Assembly: GCA_903936565.1 (NCBI GenBank)
Contig: CAIZVZ010000007.1
Location: 1-58,801, forward strand
From: an uncultured bacterium
Lineage (GTDB): Bacteria; Patescibacteriota; Minisyncoccia; Phycocordibacterales; CAIZLB01
Direction of reading: 5' to 3'
Length of the DNA: 58,801 bases
A program made the position numbers and the translations under genes. The notes under the pieces are model-generated. The model did no database searches and had not been told where the DNA came from. It was given only the letters and a program-made list of their open reading frames with translations. Shown one piece after another: positions 1 to 8,945 of this stretch; positions within the stretch are counted from its first letter, which is position 1, and each line of letters starts with the position of its first letter.

Positions 1-321
1 AAACTATCCATCGACAAGAAGGGAAGAACATATCAGATACTAACCGTTGAACCAAATGACACAATAGACATCAGTATCAAGAATACAAACAAGACTCTTC
101 CTATTACAATCTTCGACAACAATCCAATCAAACCAAACAAAGACAAGAACAACAACATTACTCTATCCTTGAACGCTCCAAAAGAGCAGGGGACAAGGGT
201 GCTAACTGTTGGAGACTTGACTCTGGAGATTAGGGTGAAGGTACAAGCTCCTGCACCTGTGCCGAAGGTGGAGAAGAAGTTGACTCCTATTGTGAAGATG
301 TGGAAGTGGTTTGTAAAATAA
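1..321 (+). CDS. Partial CDS (3' end only), hypothetical protein
   Basis: Frame 1 is open from the window edge (KLSIDKKGRTYQILTVEPN...KMWKWFVK) to TAA at 319-321; not in the ORF track because the start is outside the window. Confidence 0.7.
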   Translation, partial: KLSIDKKGRTYQILTVEPNDTIDISIKNTNKTLPITIFDNNPIKPNKDKNNNITLSLNAPKEQGTRVLTVGDLTLEIRVKVQAPAPVPKVEKKLTPIVKMWKWFVK

Positions 322-394
322 AAGACCGAGAATGGTGCTGTGGCACATTATAATATTCTTTGAACAATCAATTAATCTTGCTATACTAAACACT

Positions 395-562
395 ATGAAG
401 AAAATTAGAACAATACTTGTGTTTCTTGGTTTATTGATTGCACTTATACCAGCATTCCTATCGGTTTGGGGAGGAGTAAAGAATTGGATTGTAACAATTC
501 TTGGTTTATTAGTTGCTGTTTTATCTTATCTATACATTCATGCGCAGCAAACAAAAAAATAG
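395..562 (+). CDS. Small two-TM membrane protein
   Basis: ATG 395 follows TGcTATACT; two hydrophobic stretches (MKKIRTILVFLGLLIALIP...). Confidence 0.6.
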   Translation: MKKIRTILVFLGLLIALIPAFLSVWGGVKNWIVTILGLLVAVLSYLYIHAQQTKK

Positions 563-1997
563 CAATTGGAAATATATTAAGCACCTTCTTGGTGGCAAAA
601 ATGTACCCTACATCTTAGGAGGGGTATTTTTGTTAATCTTAGTTTTATTTGTTTTGCCTAACATATTCTCTGTAACGTTCGACGCGAGCCATATGAAGGC
701 GGATGTCAATTCTGCTGTGCCAATTTCATCTGCTGCAATTACGTCATCAACAGACATGATGGCATCTGAAGGAAATAGTCAGGTGCTATCAGCGTCATCT
801 ACTGCTAACTCCATGTCAGGAATGGAATTTGATCCAAATAATCCAATAATTAAAACTCAAGCTGGTGCAACGCACTTAAAAACACCAACGCCATTAAAGG
901 CTGTGTATATATCTAGTTGGGTAGCTGGTTCAAATGATATCAAAAATAGAATTAAAAAATTAATAATAGATACGGAACTTAACGCTGTGATTATTGATTT
1001 TAAAGATTCAACAGGAATGCTTTCTGCAGAAACCGGTGTACCTGAAATAGATGGTATGGGTTGTGTCGAGCATAGAATTAAGGATGTTAAGGGTCTTATA
1101 AAGGAATTCCATGATCAGGGTATTTATGTAATAGCCAGAGTCGCGGTATTTCAAGACTCTTGTTTGTCAAAAAAATATCCAGAGTATGCAGTTAAAAGAA
1201 AAAGTGATGGGGGTATTTGGAAAGATAGAAAAGGAATCTCTTGGGTATATGCTGGTTCAAAGGAAGTTTGGGATTACAATGTAAAGATTGCTAGGGTTGC
1301 ATATTCTATTGGTTTCGATGAGATTAATCTTGATTATATAAGATTCCCATCCGACGGAAACATGAAGGATATATCTTACCCAGTCAACATTGTTGCAGAT
1401 TCTGTTGTACAAAAGTCAAAGACTATAAAAAGCACATCTACAATATCCGCTTCGTCAACAAAGCTTGCTGGAACCGATGCTCCACTTGAGGTGAGTGAGG
1501 TTTCTGATACAACAATTAACACACGAGCTAATATTCTTTCAAGATTCTTTGCTTATATGGATAAGGAACTTAGAAAGAGTGGGGAAGATAGGCCAAAGAT
1601 TTCGGCTGATGTGTTTGGTATGGTTGCAACTAATACAGATGATTTGGGAATAGGGCAGGTGTTGGAGAAAATATTACCATACGTTGATTACATGTCTCCA
1701 ATGGTTTATCCATCACACTTTGCATCAGGTTGGAATGGTTATACAAAGCCAGCTACAAGACCGTATGATGTTATTCATGTTTCTATGAGTAAAGCAGTGG
1801 CGAGAGCGAAAGCGATGGGGCAAGATCCTAAAAAGCTTCGTCCATGGCTTCAAGATTTTAATTTAGGTGCAACCTATACTCCGGAGATGGTTAAGGCGCA
1901 AATGCGGGGGGTTTATGATTCTGGATTGGATAGCTGGATGATTTGGGACCCTGCAAATAAATATAGTAGTTCAAAGCAAATTTTGTCGAAGGAATAG
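540..1997 (+). CDS. Membrane-anchored putative glycoside hydrolase (DUF4015-like TIM barrel)
   Basis: N-terminal TM, Ser/Thr linker, motifs LNAVIIDFKD, GFDEINLDYIRFP, SPMVYPSH, RPWLQDF; start moved to ATG 540. Confidence 0.75.
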   Translation: MRSKQKNSNWKYIKHLLGGKNVPYILGGVFLLILVLFVLPNIFSVTFDASHMKADVNSAVPISSAAITSSTDMMASEGNSQVLSASSTANSMSGMEFDPNNPIIKTQAGATHLKTPTPLKAVYISSWVAGSNDIKNRIKKLIIDTELNAVIIDFKDSTGMLSAETGVPEIDGMGCVEHRIKDVKGLIKEFHDQGIYVIARVAVFQDSCLSKKYPEYAVKRKSDGGIWKDRKGISWVYAGSKEVWDYNVKIARVAYSIGFDEINLDYIRFPSDGNMKDISYPVNIVADSVVQKSKTIKSTSTISASSTKLAGTDAPLEVSEVSDTTINTRANILSRFFAYMDKELRKSGEDRPKISADVFGMVATNTDDLGIGQVLEKILPYVDYMSPMVYPSHFASGWNGYTKPATRPYDVIHVSMSKAVARAKAMGQDPKKLRPWLQDFNLGATYTPEMVKAQMRGVYDSGLDSWMIWDPANKYSSSKQILSKE

Positions 1998-2060
1998 TTT
2001 GTGGCTTCTCGCTGGTAATAAAACTTTTTTCGCATTATACTGTATATAAATAATTAATAT

Positions 2061-4142
2061 ATGTACGACGAAGAAAAAGTAACATACTTTGGTTTAACTG
2101 ACGCGAGAAATAAGCGTGTGCGATTTGGCATTAAAGCAAAAGATAGAGCTCGTCATGTCTATACTATTGGAAAGACTGGAATGGGAAAATCAACTCTTCT
2201 AGAAAACTTAGCTGTTCAAGATATTCAGAATGGGGAAGGGCTTGCCTTTATTGATCCCCACGGAAAGTCTGCTGATTTGCTTTTGGAATATATACCAGAG
2301 CATCGTAAAAAAGACGTCGTGTATTTTGCTCCTTTTGATCTTGATTATCCTATCGCCTTTAATGCCCTTGAGGATGTCGATGTTACGAAGAGGTATCTTG
2401 TTGCAAATGGTTTGATGAGTGCGTTTAAAACAATCTGGGTTGATGCATTTTCTGCTAGAATGGAATATATTTTGAATAATATAATGCTTGCACTCTTGGA
2501 GTACCCGAGCTCAACTTTGATGTCAGTTAATAGAATGCTCACGGATAAGGATTTTAGAAATGCTGTGGTTGCTAATGTTACAGACCCTACAGTTAAAGCT
2601 TTTTGGGTAGATGAGTATGCAAAGTATACAGAAAAGTTTGCCGCAGAAGCTGCTCCTGCAATTCAGAATAAGGTTGGACAATTTGTAGGTAATCCTCTTG
2701 TGAGAAATATTATAGGTCAACCTGTATCTGGCTTTGATATTAGAGATATAATGGACAATAAGAAAATTTTGATAGTTAACTTATCAAAAGGACGTGTAGG
2801 GGAGGCTAATGCAAATCTATTGGGTGCAATGTTGATTACAAAGATTTATCTTGCTGCCATGTCGCGCGCGGACTTAAAAGAAGAAGAATTAAAAAATACT
2901 CCCCAGTTTTATTTATATGTTGACGAGTTTCAAAACTTTGCCAATGAAACATTTGCGGATATTTTATCAGAGGCTAGAAAATACAAATTAAGCTTAACTA
3001 TTGCTCACCAATATGTAGAACAGATGACAGAAGATGTGAGGGCTGCTGTTTTTGGAAACGTAGGAACAATGATTACATTTAGAGTTGGAGCATATGACGC
3101 TGCTGTTTTTGAAAAAGAATATTCACCGGAGTTCACCGCAGAGGATATGGTCAATCTTCAACAGTATCAAATGTATTTGAAGCTGATGATCGACGGCGTA
3201 ACTTCCAGGCCATTTTCTGCAATAGGAATGCCCCCAATCGCAAGGCCTGAAATTTCCTATGTTGAGGAAATAATTAACCTATCAAGGTCACAGTTTGCTA
3301 ATCCAAGAGAAAAGGTAGAAGAAGATATAAGAGATTGGCACATGCAAAAGATTGGAGCTAAAGAGGTGGTAAAAAAGACGAGTGAAAAATCATCAGCTTC
3401 CGAGCGTTCGTCGTCCGATAGACCTTCATCTTCTCGATCGTCGGAAAGATCTTCTTCGTCAGATAGATCCTCTGAGAGAGCATCTGGTAGGTCATTAGAA
3501 AGATCTACTGAAAGGTCACGCGATAGATCTTCTGAAAAAATAAATGAAGGCAGAGCAGAAAGAGCTCCACGACAAGAACCTCGTGGCCGTGATATTGAGC
3601 GAGATCGTACTGTCATGAGCCGTAGAGATGAGGCTGCAATTCGAGCAAGAGATGAAGACAGGCCTGTGATTGCAAGAAGGTCAGTAGAAAAACCAGTAGA
3701 TCACTCGATTGATAAGTCAGCGGAACTTGCTGTGGAAAAGATGTTTGAAAGCCCTGCTGTTACCATGGCAACAGACACTGTTGTTGCGCCCGCTGTTACA
3801 CCGGTCGCACCTAAGCCTAGTCATGTATCATTAAATACCTTATCGCATGGTAATGAAAATAAAGTAAAGAATCAGCAAAAGGATATTAAGCCTGAAAACG
3901 TAGCAGCCTTACGTGAAGCATTGCTTTCTGTAATGGGGGATAGTGAAATAAAGGTTGAGACTAAAGAGATTAAGGAATCTGTCGATGCGAATAAGGTTAT
4001 GGAAAATAAAGATAACCTTACGAGCAATGAGGTTAAGTATGATGCTGGGGAGTTAAAAAATAAGCAAGAAGAAGACAAGGCTTCTCACGCGGGAGCTCTA
4101 ACACCAGACGATCTTAAGAGAATTTTAGATATCAATCAATAG
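2061..4142 (+). CDS. VirD4/TraD-like (type IV secretion coupling / HerA-FtsK family) ATPase with disordered C-terminal tail
   Basis: Walker A GKTGMGKS, IDPHG, Walker B LYVDEFQNF, LSEARKY..L..AHQ; Ser/Arg/Glu-rich tail. Confidence 0.85.
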   Translation: MYDEEKVTYFGLTDARNKRVRFGIKAKDRARHVYTIGKTGMGKSTLLENLAVQDIQNGEGLAFIDPHGKSADLLLEYIPEHRKKDVVYFAPFDLDYPIAFNALEDVDVTKRYLVANGLMSAFKTIWVDAFSARMEYILNNIMLALLEYPSSTLMSVNRMLTDKDFRNAVVANVTDPTVKAFWVDEYAKYTEKFAAEAAPAIQNKVGQFVGNPLVRNIIGQPVSGFDIRDIMDNKKILIVNLSKGRVGEANANLLGAMLITKIYLAAMSRADLKEEELKNTPQFYLYVDEFQNFANETFADILSEARKYKLSLTIAHQYVEQMTEDVRAAVFGNVGTMITFRVGAYDAAVFEKEYSPEFTAEDMVNLQQYQMYLKLMIDGVTSRPFSAIGMPPIARPEISYVEEIINLSRSQFANPREKVEEDIRDWHMQKIGAKEVVKKTSEKSSASERSSSDRPSSSRSSERSSSSDRSSERASGRSLERSTERSRDRSSEKINEGRAERAPRQEPRGRDIERDRTVMSRRDEAAIRARDEDRPVIARRSVEKPVDHSIDKSAELAVEKMFESPAVTMATDTVVAPAVTPVAPKPSHVSLNTLSHGNENKVKNQQKDIKPENVAALREALLSVMGDSEIKVETKEIKESVDANKVMENKDNLTSNEVKYDAGELKNKQEEDKASHAGALTPDDLKRILDINQ

Positions 4143-4161
4143 TAGATATTGTTTTTTTAAA

Positions 4162-5043
4162 CTATATCTTAACCCAGTCGAGCGGAGTAACGTCATTTGT
4201 GTTTGCTCTAGGGTCTCTAATCCAACGCTTTGGAGCGATGACAATTTTAGTCTTCTTTGGATTGAGCCATGCACCCCACCAGCTAAAGGAAGAATTGGCT
4301 ATAATGTTATGACTGCATTGACTCATGAGGTACATATCCTCCGCATCCTTTATCTCAGGTCTTGATACGCAAATGTAAGGGACCTCAGTCTTAAGATTTT
4401 CTTTGACCCAAGCAATATCATCTGAAAAGACGAATAAGACAAGTTGTTTTCCGCACAACTTTGATTGTAGGGTGGAAATTGCCTTGTAATAATATGTCAG
4501 GTCTAAAGTTCCGTGATATGCATTTGTATATTTATCTGTGATGAAATCACATCGTCTAATATGAAGAGATGTGCTGACACCTCCGTTATCGTCGACCTGC
4601 TTAATCCTGTCTTTAAAAAGTTTTGCCTTTTCGCTAAGTTTCTCTTTTAAAACAAGATCGTGTCGAAGTGTTGTTTCTATATCTGAGAAATATTTTTCAC
4701 TTTGCCATCTTCCATTTAGCGTAGATCCATCTTTGGCTTCTAGGTTTTTTGGTTCAAAAATATAACCATTATATGGATTGGCGATGTTTTTAATTGTATC
4801 TATGACTTTATCAAAATAGACTTTAACTAGGTCAATTCTAGAATTACTGTTCGCGTTTGAAGTTTTTGCTTGTATGTTGAAGTAATTTAATTGAAACTCC
4901 CTATACAGATCTCCAAATTCCTGGTCTTCAAATTGAGATACGTCAAGAATCAGGGGAGTCTCAAGTTTAAGGGAAACAGCCCTACCGAATGCATATTGAA
5001 ATAGCTGGTTTCCTAAACCACCCTTTAATTTGACCGTTATCAT
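4162..5043 (-). CDS. Alpha-1,2-fucosyltransferase family glycosyltransferase (GT11)
   Basis: GGLGNQLFQYA, HIRRCD (HxRRGD-like), FSDD, NSSFSWWGAWL; start moved to ATG 5043. Confidence 0.88.
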   Translation of the reverse strand: MITVKLKGGLGNQLFQYAFGRAVSLKLETPLILDVSQFEDQEFGDLYREFQLNYFNIQAKTSNANSNSRIDLVKVYFDKVIDTIKNIANPYNGYIFEPKNLEAKDGSTLNGRWQSEKYFSDIETTLRHDLVLKEKLSEKAKLFKDRIKQVDDNGGVSTSLHIRRCDFITDKYTNAYHGTLDLTYYYKAISTLQSKLCGKQLVLFVFSDDIAWVKENLKTEVPYICVSRPEIKDAEDMYLMSQCSHNIIANSSFSWWGAWLNPKKTKIVIAPKRWIRDPRANTNDVTPLDWVKI

Positions 5044-5160
5044 ATCGTCATAGTGTACGATTTTTAATGATTTTTTACAAATAGACAGATGGGCGAGTTT
5101 GTGTTTTGTAGCCAATTATGGCTAAAAATAATAAAACAACTGTGATATACTACCCCCATT

Positions 5161-7545
5161 ATGAATAAAACAAACACTTCGATTTGCGAATTTTTGAAAT
5201 ACGCAATAATTAGCCTTGTATTTTTAGTTCCTTTCGCTGACCTGATAATTGGGGAGTCGCTGTATTTTCCATTTATAACAGGTAAGGGTTTTATCGCAAG
5301 AGCTATAATTATAATAATTGCCTTACTGTATACATCTTTGGTTGTTAGGGACAGAAGTTACTTACCTAAAAAGAGTCCTATAGTATGGTCTGCAACAGCA
5401 TTTATTGTAGTTTTGTTTCTTGCTACCGTTAACTCTGTTGATCCCTGGAGGAGTTTTTGGAGTAATCAAGAGAGAATGGAGGGTTTTGCAACCTTGCTTG
5501 AGATGTTTGTTTTGTTTATTGCCGCAGCTGGTGTTTTTGGTAATTTCTTTGCACAAAAGTCAAAGGAGAAAAATATTATTGGGGCATGGCCGTCTGATTT
5601 TGGAGTTTGGAAATGGTTTCTACACACAATGTTGGTCTTGAGTGTTATTATGGGAATCTACGCATTCTCTCAAATGAAGTCTGCTGATGATCGTATCTTT
5701 GGAACACTTGGGAATTCTTCGTACTTGGGAGGTTATGCCATGGTCCACTGTTTCTTGGCGCTTTATATGGCAATCGACTCTATCAAACGAATGATGTTTT
5801 CTTTCAAGCAGATACCTGTAAAAGCAAGAGAGAATACCATCTTTGCCGATGTTATTGTAGCTGTCCTTTGTGTTGCGGTTGGAGTGTTTAATCTTGCTGT
5901 ACTATATCAAACTGGTACAAGAGGATCGTTTGTTGGTTTACTTATTGGTTTGCTCATAACAGCTGTAATTTGGGCTATCTTTGAAAGAAAACTACCTATA
6001 TTTAGATGGATTGGAATCGTTTCTATTATCATCGTGGTAGCTGTGGTTTCAGTGCTTGGTCTTACAAAGAATACAACATTTGTAAAAAGTAATTATTTGG
6101 TAAATAGATTTGCGCAGTTAATTACTTGGGATTTTGGAAAGGTTTTGGCTGACCAGGGTCATTCGAGAAAGATGATTTGGGGAATGGCTTATGAGGGTGT
6201 TAAAGAAAAGCCAGTACTAGGATGGGGACAAGATAATTACTCATATGTCTTTGCTAAATATTATGACCCAGCTATGTATGGGCAGGAGCAATGGTTTGAT
6301 AGAACGCACAACGTATTCTTTGACTGGCTAATTGCTGCAGGATTATTGGGTTTACTGGCGTATCTTGTGTTATTCTTGTCTGCTATCTATACGCTATGGA
6401 GAAAGACTGACGATAATTGGAGTGTAACTGAGCGTGCTGTTCTGACTGGAATGTTAATTGCGTATTTCGTCCACAATTTTTTTGTGTTTGATAATCTGGC
6501 AAGTTATATTTTCTTCTTTATAATTCTTGCATTTATAAATACTCGCGGACAAGGGGGAAGAACCCTTACTCACAAACCGCTAGTTGCCGATGATTATGTG
6601 TTGATAGTTGATATTGTGGCGGTTATAGTTTTGGCATATGTAATGTGGATTTCAGTTTTGTCACCATATAACTCAAGTGGAAACTTGATTAAGGCAATGC
6701 AGGATAAACAAAAGGTTCTGGTTGATAATAAAGAGCAAATTGTTTCTACTGATCCAAAGTTGAGGTTTAAATTAATTAAGGGTGTACTTGATGCAAATGA
6801 TTTAACCAGATCGGAGTCTCGCGAAAGATTGGTGGATATTGCTGCATCGATAATTATGCAGGTCAATAAGACCGATCCAGCACTTGCAAAGGAGGTCTAT
6901 GACTATACATTAGATCAATACGCCAAAGAAACAGCAGGCTCAAAGACAGACCCTAGACCGTGGTACTTCCAATCAATTTTCTATCAGAAGCTTGGAATGT
7001 ATGATAAATCATTGACGGCTATTCAGCAGGCATCAAAGCTTTCTCCAACAAAACAATCTTTCCTATTCTCAGAAGGTCAAATATTGTTGACTATGAAAAA
7101 GACAGATGAAGCGATGTCTGTATTTAAAAAGGCTTATGAATTAGATAAAAGAAATCCAGAAGCTCTAAAATACTATTCATTTAGTCTAATCGAAAATGGT
7201 AAAATAAATGATGTTGACCAACTGTTAAGCGATCACGTTAAATATAATTCAGCTTTCAAAGCAGAGACTATTTGGAATGACCCTGTGATTTTGCAGGCAT
7301 TAATGGACATAAAGAATTTTGATAAGGCAATTGCGATTGCAAAGAAAAAAGTGGATGATAATCCAAGTGATATTCAATCCCTAATTTCACTCTCTGCTGT
7401 ATATCTAAAATCAGGTGACAAATGGTCAGCGATTGAGGCGTTAAAAAAGATTAAGATGATTGAGCCTGGATATGCGTCTGATGTTGATAAGTATATTAAA
7501 GATATCCAGGATGGTAAGGATCCTTCAGCTCAAAATGCGAATTAA
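5161..7545 (+). CDS. O-antigen ligase (Wzy_C) family membrane protein with C-terminal TPRs
   Basis: Many TM helices, GTLGN, TGTRG, PVLGWG, DRTHN motif, TPR-like helical C-terminus. Confidence 0.85.
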   Translation: MNKTNTSICEFLKYAIISLVFLVPFADLIIGESLYFPFITGKGFIARAIIIIIALLYTSLVVRDRSYLPKKSPIVWSATAFIVVLFLATVNSVDPWRSFWSNQERMEGFATLLEMFVLFIAAAGVFGNFFAQKSKEKNIIGAWPSDFGVWKWFLHTMLVLSVIMGIYAFSQMKSADDRIFGTLGNSSYLGGYAMVHCFLALYMAIDSIKRMMFSFKQIPVKARENTIFADVIVAVLCVAVGVFNLAVLYQTGTRGSFVGLLIGLLITAVIWAIFERKLPIFRWIGIVSIIIVVAVVSVLGLTKNTTFVKSNYLVNRFAQLITWDFGKVLADQGHSRKMIWGMAYEGVKEKPVLGWGQDNYSYVFAKYYDPAMYGQEQWFDRTHNVFFDWLIAAGLLGLLAYLVLFLSAIYTLWRKTDDNWSVTERAVLTGMLIAYFVHNFFVFDNLASYIFFFIILAFINTRGQGGRTLTHKPLVADDYVLIVDIVAVIVLAYVMWISVLSPYNSSGNLIKAMQDKQKVLVDNKEQIVSTDPKLRFKLIKGVLDANDLTRSESRERLVDIAASIIMQVNKTDPALAKEVYDYTLDQYAKETAGSKTDPRPWYFQSIFYQKLGMYDKSLTAIQQASKLSPTKQSFLFSEGQILLTMKKTDEAMSVFKKAYELDKRNPEALKYYSFSLIENGKINDVDQLLSDHVKYNSAFKAETIWNDPVILQALMDIKNFDKAIAIAKKKVDDNPSDIQSLISLSAVYLKSGDKWSAIEALKKIKMIEPGYASDVDKYIKDIQDGKDPSAQNAN

Positions 7546-8407
7546 GAATTTGTTTAAAATTTTAGTGATCATACTAGCTCTAATTGGGCTGGTATTTTCA
7601 TGTGTGTTTATTGGTATGCAGTTTGGGATATTTAACGTTAAGGGTTCGATAGATAATCGTAATAGATTCTTTACGGCAACAGACGATAGCCAATCCTTGA
7701 TTTCTAAAATTCAAGCTGGTTTTAGAAACAGCATGGAGTCTACTAGAAAAACGGTTTTTCCTGATATAAGTTTTGCTTGGGTAAAATCAGATGAGTGGAT
7801 AGCGCTTAGCGGAGCGCTTACAAAAGACAGAGAGGTAATTAGGAAGGCCGCAGCTGATGCATCGATTAGTCCAAGAATTTTAGTTTCAGTCGTAATTGCT
7901 GAGCAAATTAGATTCTTTACATCTGACAGAGAAAACTTCAAAAGAGTTTTTGAGCCACTAAAGATTCTAGGTACGCTTTCACAGTTTTCTCTAGGAGTTA
8001 GTGGCATAAAACCTGAGACTGCAAAACTAATTGAAGATAATTTGAAAGATCCTAAAAGTGAATTTTATATCTCTAAAGAATATGAACACATTCTAGATTA
8101 CAAAGAAGGGGATGGTGATATATATAGTAGGTTAACGGATGAACATAATCACTATTATTCATATTTGTATACCGCGCTGTTTATTAAAGAAGTTGAGGCT
8201 CAATGGTCTCGCGCTGGATATGATATTTCAAACAGACCAGAAATTTTAGCAACAATTTTCAATCTTGGTTTTAATAAATCGTCTCCAAAAAAGGATCCAG
8301 AAGTTGCCGGATCAATCATTAGTATCGCGGGAGAAAAAATTTCTTTTGGAAGATTATCATACGAATTCTATTATTCTGGTGAGTTACTAGATATATTTGG
8401 TTTTTAA
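7535..8407 (+). CDS. Membrane-anchored hypothetical protein (DUF1402-like, possible lysozyme-like fold)
   Basis: N-terminal TM; SLGVSGIK and GYDISNRPEILATIFNLG segments; ATG 7535 overlaps upstream gene end. Confidence 0.5.
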   Translation: MRIKNLFKILVIILALIGLVFSCVFIGMQFGIFNVKGSIDNRNRFFTATDDSQSLISKIQAGFRNSMESTRKTVFPDISFAWVKSDEWIALSGALTKDREVIRKAAADASISPRILVSVVIAEQIRFFTSDRENFKRVFEPLKILGTLSQFSLGVSGIKPETAKLIEDNLKDPKSEFYISKEYEHILDYKEGDGDIYSRLTDEHNHYYSYLYTALFIKEVEAQWSRAGYDISNRPEILATIFNLGFNKSSPKKDPEVAGSIISIAGEKISFGRLSYEFYYSGELLDIFGF

Positions 8408-8573
8408 TTTGTTTTATCAAATTAATTTTTATTAGTTTAGATTTTTAATAATTATTTATTTCAAAAATAAATTCTACAGAATTACGTTGTAAATAAATAA
8501 TAAAATAGAATTCAAAAAAAGTAATTAATTTTATTTATCTAAAAAATATTTTTTAAAAATAAAAATTAAAAAG

Positions 8574-8582
8574 TTATCCACA
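8574..8582 (+). promoter_or_regulatory. Perfect DnaA box TTATCCACA
   Basis: Exact consensus in an extremely AT-rich intergenic region, inside the inverted repeat AAAAGTT..AACTTTT. Confidence 0.55.
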
Positions 8583-8693
8583 ACTTTTTTGAAAATAAAA
8601 TTGTTATTAATGAAAAAATGTTAGATAATTAACTTAACTACATGTGCATCGTCGGCGCGTGTAACATTAAAAAAATAATTTAAATTAAATTTT

Positions 8694-8807
8694 ATGGCAG
8701 CAAAAAAGAAAGTAGCAAAGAAGGCAGTAAAGAAGGCAGCTCCAAAGAAGAAAGTTGCAAAGAAGGCAGCTCCAAAGAAGAAAGTTGCAAAGAAAGGAAA
8801 GAAATAA
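8694..8807 (+). CDS. Small Lys/Ala-rich histone H1-like protein (37 aa)
   Basis: MAAKKKVAKKAVKKAAPKKKVAKKAAPKKKVAKKGKK*, own terminator; below the ORF-track cutoff. Confidence 0.8.
   Translation: MAAKKKVAKKAVKKAAPKKKVAKKAAPKKKVAKKGKK
8731..8790 (+). repeat. Perfect 30-bp tandem repeat x2 encoding KKAAPKKKVA
   Basis: agaaggcagctccaaagaagaaagttgcaa at 8731-8760 and 8761-8790. Confidence 0.95.
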
Positions 8808-8832
8808 TTTGACGATTATTTCCCACTTTAAT

Positions 8833-8863
8833 AAAAATCTCGCGCAAGCGGGTTTTTTATTTT
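8833..8863 (+). terminator. Intrinsic terminator
   Basis: aaaaatctcgc-gcaa-gcgggttttttatttt hairpin plus U tract. Confidence 0.7.
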
Positions 8864-8945
8864 GCCAAAAAACGGCGTGCTCTTTAAAGGGTGGGTATTA
8901 TTCCACCCTTTATATAGTCCTCATTTTATGCTACCATAGCCACCT

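Noticed and set aside
2061-4142. Conjugative element or prophage
   Set aside because: No relaxase, mating-pair, integrase or phage structural genes in the window
8408-8693. Replication origin
   Set aside because: Very AT-rich but only one clear DnaA box, no dnaA/dnaN nearby, and gene orientation does not switch
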